A stretch of 64,000 nt of DNA from a bacterium (GTDB lineage Bacteria; Lernaellota; Lernaellaia; JACKCT01): positions 23,706 to 87,705 of the forward strand of contig JAIOHV010000140.1 in the NCBI GenBank assembly GCA_019912885.1. The letters are read 5' to 3'. Of the stretch, positions 61,237 through 64,000 are shown piece by piece. Each line of letters opens with the position of its first letter. Positions within the stretch are counted from its first letter, which is position 1. The notes beneath the pieces were generated by a model that saw only the letters and a list, made by a program, of their open reading frames with translations, searched no databases and had not been told where the DNA came from. The translations under genes were made by a program, and so were the position numbers.

Positions 61237-61446
61237 ATGAACCTCAACGAAGCGCTACGGCTGATCGCGGGAGCTTTCATTCTCATCTCCGTCGTCATCG
61301 GTTACGCCGTGACACCGTGGGCGTACGCCTTCACCGCCTTCGTCGGCGTGAACCTCGTGCAGTCCGCGTTCACCAGGTGGTGCCCGATGATGTCGCTGCT
61401 GCGCGCGTGCGGGCACAAGGATGACGGCGCCTCCTGCGCGAGCTGA
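61237..61446 (+). CDS. DUF2892 (YgaP-like) small membrane protein
   Basis: RLIAGAFILISVVIGY...FTAFVGVNLVQSAFTRWCPMMSLL is a typical DUF2892 pattern. Confidence 0.65.
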   Translation: MNLNEALRLIAGAFILISVVIGYAVTPWAYAFTAFVGVNLVQSAFTRWCPMMSLLRACGHKDDGASCAS

Positions 61447-61480
61447 TTGACCGCCGTCCACGCACCCGAATCGCCCCGAT

Positions 61481-61510
61481 CGCCCCACGCCGGGGCGTTT
61501 GGCGTTTTTG
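61481..61510 (+). terminator. Rho-independent-type terminator of the efflux operon
   Basis: cgcccc-acgcc-ggggcg followed by tttggcgttttt. Confidence 0.45.
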
Positions 61511-61632
61511 GACCCGTCCACGGCGCGGGGGCGTGCCGGTCCTGCACGTCAACGGCCAAACAATATAGAAGATTTTTCTTTTCGCCCCATCGCAAACGTG
61601 ATAGAAACATTTTCATGAATTTGTAGGGAGGC

Positions 61633-62631
61633 ATGATGATTCATCAGGTCCGACAAGCGTTTGTCATCGCGCTTCTCTGCGCGGCGGTCGGCTTCAACCT
61701 GGCGTCCGCTTGCGGTGATGACGACGACGATGATGATAGCGGCGATGATGGCGACGCGGCCTGCCCGATCCCGGGCGATGATCTTGGCGACGAACCGATC
61801 AGCGCCGTCGTGAACGATTGCGAGGAAATTGGCCTTGCGATCATTGTCGAGGCGTTCGGCGCGAACGACGACTTCACGATCCGCCAAATCCGCGGGCAGT
61901 ACGCGATCACAAACGAATACACGTATTACCTGCGTGGCGCCGGGCTCTCCCCGGATACGGCGTGCTACGAGCGTCTGTCCGGCGCCGGAACTTTCACCGT
62001 GCGTACCGAGTCCGATCGCTGTGAGGAGTCGATCGTCATCGACGTCGTGACCGCGGCGAATCCCGACGCGCGGGCGTTTTGCCGGTTTTCGGTCGACGCG
62101 TCCGCGGATTGCGGCGACGACGGCGGATCCGGCGAGGGCACGGATGACGACGACGATGGCGACGACGTCAACGAGGCCTACGAAATGTGCGTCGCGTTCT
62201 ATGTCGGATGCGGCGTGACCGTCGATGATGCCGAATTGGCTTGCGACTACATCAAGGACTACGCCGACTTCTGGAACGATTGCTTAGACGACGCGATGGC
62301 TGACTACTTTGCCTGCCTGCACGATGCGGGATGTACCGGCGGCGCCGCCGCGAATGAATGCGCGAATCAGTTCTCCGAAGACGTGATCGATTGCGACGGC
62401 CTCGACGATGACGGCGACGATGATGACGGTGACACTTATTGCAGCGGCGCGTACGCGGCGCTCTACAACGATTGCGGCATGGCTATCGCGGACGATACCG
62501 GCCAACTCTCCGAATCCGAGGCGGTTGCGGCCTGCGAGTCGGGCGATCCGTTTGCCGACTGCGTGGCGGGATGCGTCTGGGTTTCGGAATTCTGCGAGGA
62601 CGTGGAGGAATGCGTCGGGGAATATTGCTGA
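61633..62631 (+). CDS. Cys-rich acidic lipoprotein, tandem paralog 1
   Basis: Signal peptide + LASAC + poly-Asp. Conserved module CPIPGD...DC..IGL...FTIRQIRGQYAITN..YYLRGAG...C...LSGAGTFTVRTES..C...AANPDA.AFC. Confidence 0.7.
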   Translation: MMIHQVRQAFVIALLCAAVGFNLASACGDDDDDDDSGDDGDAACPIPGDDLGDEPISAVVNDCEEIGLAIIVEAFGANDDFTIRQIRGQYAITNEYTYYLRGAGLSPDTACYERLSGAGTFTVRTESDRCEESIVIDVVTAANPDARAFCRFSVDASADCGDDGGSGEGTDDDDDGDDVNEAYEMCVAFYVGCGVTVDDAELACDYIKDYADFWNDCLDDAMADYFACLHDAGCTGGAAANECANQFSEDVIDCDGLDDDGDDDDGDTYCSGAYAALYNDCGMAIADDTGQLSESEAVAACESGDPFADCVAGCVWVSEFCEDVEECVGEYC

Positions 62632-62672
62632 TCGCGTCCGATGACAGATCGTGAATTCGAGGGAGGCGACGC

Positions 62673-63431
62673 ATGGAAAACTTGATGACGCGCCTGGGAT
62701 TCGGCGCCGCATGCGCGGTTCTTATCGTCGCTCTCGTGCCGGCGTGCCTGTCGAGCGGCGGCGGCGGCGACGACGATGACGGCGACGCGGCAAAACGTGC
62801 ATCGTGCCCGATTCCGGGCGAAAGTCTGAAATCCGTGCCTTACCAGGATTATGTCGGCGACTGCACGGCGCTTGGGCTCACGTTGGTCATCAAGGAACTC
62901 CGACAAAACGAGGACCAGACGATCCGGGAGGTGCGTGGTCGTTACGCCATCGGCAACGCGAACGTCTATTATCTGCGCGGCGCGGGCACGCCCGAAGGGG
63001 GCGATTGTTTTGTCGAGATCACCGGTTCGGGATCGTTCGCGGTGCGTTCGGAGGCATCCGCGTGTTCGAGCCGGACGACGGTTGGAGTCCTGACGGCCGC
63101 CGACCCGAGCGCGCAGGCGTTTTGCGAGCTGGTAGCCGTTTCGAATGACGGATGCGACGGCGAAGCCGACGATATCGACGACGACTTCGACGATGACGAA
63201 TCTGACGACGACGCCGGGCCCGGTTGCGTTGACGCGATGAGCTTTCTCTTTGGCGACGACGGCTGCTTCACGCTCGTGGACGGCGAAGGCCATGTGATCG
63301 AGCCCGGGGAGCTTTGCAGCAATCCGGATTACGTCCATGAGCGTGACTGCTACATGGCGTGCTACGACAACAACGACGACTGCGACTCGATGGGCGAGTG
63401 CCTGGTGGACAACTGCGGCCTGTCGTTTTGA
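62673..63431 (+). CDS. Cys-rich acidic lipoprotein, tandem paralog 2
   Basis: Same N-module (CPIPGE...QTIREVRGRYAIGNANVYYLRGAG...ITGSGSFAVRSEA..C...AADPSAQAFC), with a divergent acidic/Cys-rich tail. Confidence 0.7.
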   Translation: MENLMTRLGFGAACAVLIVALVPACLSSGGGGDDDDGDAAKRASCPIPGESLKSVPYQDYVGDCTALGLTLVIKELRQNEDQTIREVRGRYAIGNANVYYLRGAGTPEGGDCFVEITGSGSFAVRSEASACSSRTTVGVLTAADPSAQAFCELVAVSNDGCDGEADDIDDDFDDDESDDDAGPGCVDAMSFLFGDDGCFTLVDGEGHVIEPGELCSNPDYVHERDCYMACYDNNDDCDSMGECLVDNCGLSF

Positions 63432-63498
63432 TTTCCGCTCGCGACGGCGGCGCCGATGGTGAAGCGGGCGCGAACGGATGATGGAGGGAGGATACTCG

Positions 63499-64000
63499 AT
63501 GACAAGCGAACGCATGCGGATTCAGGCGGGCGCCTTTATCGCCCTCGCGTGGCTTATCCTGTCCCTGGCGTGCATTGGCGGCGGGGATGATGACGACGAC
63601 GATGACGGCAAGAGCGCGTCCTGCCCCATCACCTCGGATAAAATGGTCGAGGCGCCGTTTCGCGAAAGCGGCGGGCGATGCGACGATATCGGCCTGTCGC
63701 TCGTCGTCGACAAACTCTTGCTGAACCCCGACTTCACGATCCGCGAGGTGCGCGGACAATACGCCATCAACAACGGCAATACTTATCACCTGCGCGGCGC
63801 GGGTGTGTCCGACGACACGGCATGTTTTGCCACCATCTCCGGCGCGGGCGCGTTCGCCGTGCGCACCGAGTCGCTCGACTGTGAGGAGGAGGCCGTCATC
63901 GATGTCGTCGCGACGAACGATCCCGAAGCCAACGCGTTTTGCGATCTAACCGTGACCGCGACGATCGCGTGCGACGATGATAGTGACGGCCTGCCGGACG
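63499..64000 (+). CDS. Cys-rich acidic lipoprotein, tandem paralog 3 (3' partial, runs off the window)
   Basis: Translated manually from ATG 63499, which follows GGAGGGAGGA: MTSERMRIQAGAFIALAWLILSLACIGGGDDDDDDDGKSASCPITS...FTIREVRGQYAINNGNTYHLRGAG...ISGAGAFAVRTES..C...TNDPEANAFC. No stop before 64000. Confidence 0.65.
   Translation, partial: MTSERMRIQAGAFIALAWLILSLACIGGGDDDDDDDGKSASCPITSDKMVEAPFRESGGRCDDIGLSLVVDKLLLNPDFTIREVRGQYAINNGNTYHLRGAGVSDDTACFATISGAGAFAVRTESLDCEEEAVIDVVATNDPEANAFCDLTVTATIACDDDSDGLPD

Overview
High-GC bacterial chromosomal window with Gram-negative-type envelope genes (TolC/RND, lipoproteins, an outer-membrane beta-barrel). The taxon cannot be assigned from sequence alone. 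All calls come from reading the ORF track and the DNA by eye, and no searches were run.

The left third (1-21984, all on the + strand) looks horizontally acquired:
- The late end of a prophage or tailocin: a tail-fibre-like protein with 37-aa tandem repeats, a small ORF, a holin-like ORF and an Amidase_2 endolysin.
- An overlapping amidoligase + gamma-glutamylcyclotransferase gene pair.
- A ~17-kb defence array. It starts with an SNF2 helicase, a 1669-aa N6-type DNA methyltransferase, and a ~1800-aa DEAD/DEAH helicase fused to DUF1998 and a C-terminal Vsr/DUF559-like nuclease fold. This trio is DISARM class-1-like, but has a Druantia DruE-like fused helicase and no PLD gene, and is interrupted by a frameshift at ~17421-17426. 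A visibly AT-richer SIR2-HerA module follows.
- The block ends at a 3' remnant of comM/yifB (21985-22479), so the island appears to sit in a disrupted comM.

The remaining ~42 kb is mostly core-like:
- a repeat-rich 1-kb non-coding stretch;
- envelope and secreted lipoproteins;
- a UbiA-family phosphoribosyltransferase;
- an Rrf2-cysH(APS-reductase type)-cysD-cysN operon;
- parA-parB-bactofilin;
- an NhaD/ArsB-type permease;
- a cluster of three truncated IS elements;
- a TolC-MFP-RND operon with PII-like and DUF2892 add-ons;
- two toxin-antitoxin loci, one of which has its PIN toxin inactivated by TGA at a conserved Trp.

Recurrent oddities:
- many lipoproteins carry poly-Asp tracts right after the lipobox Cys;
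- two paralogous secreted proteins end in poly-Thr / poly-Asp linkers and an identical C-terminal CCGC tetrapeptide;
- three tandem Cys-rich lipoprotein paralogs lie at the right edge.

Most interesting candidates:
- the atypical SNF2/MTase/helicase-DUF1998-nuclease operon;
- the amidoligase-GGCT cassette next to it;
- the CCGC-terminated surface proteins.
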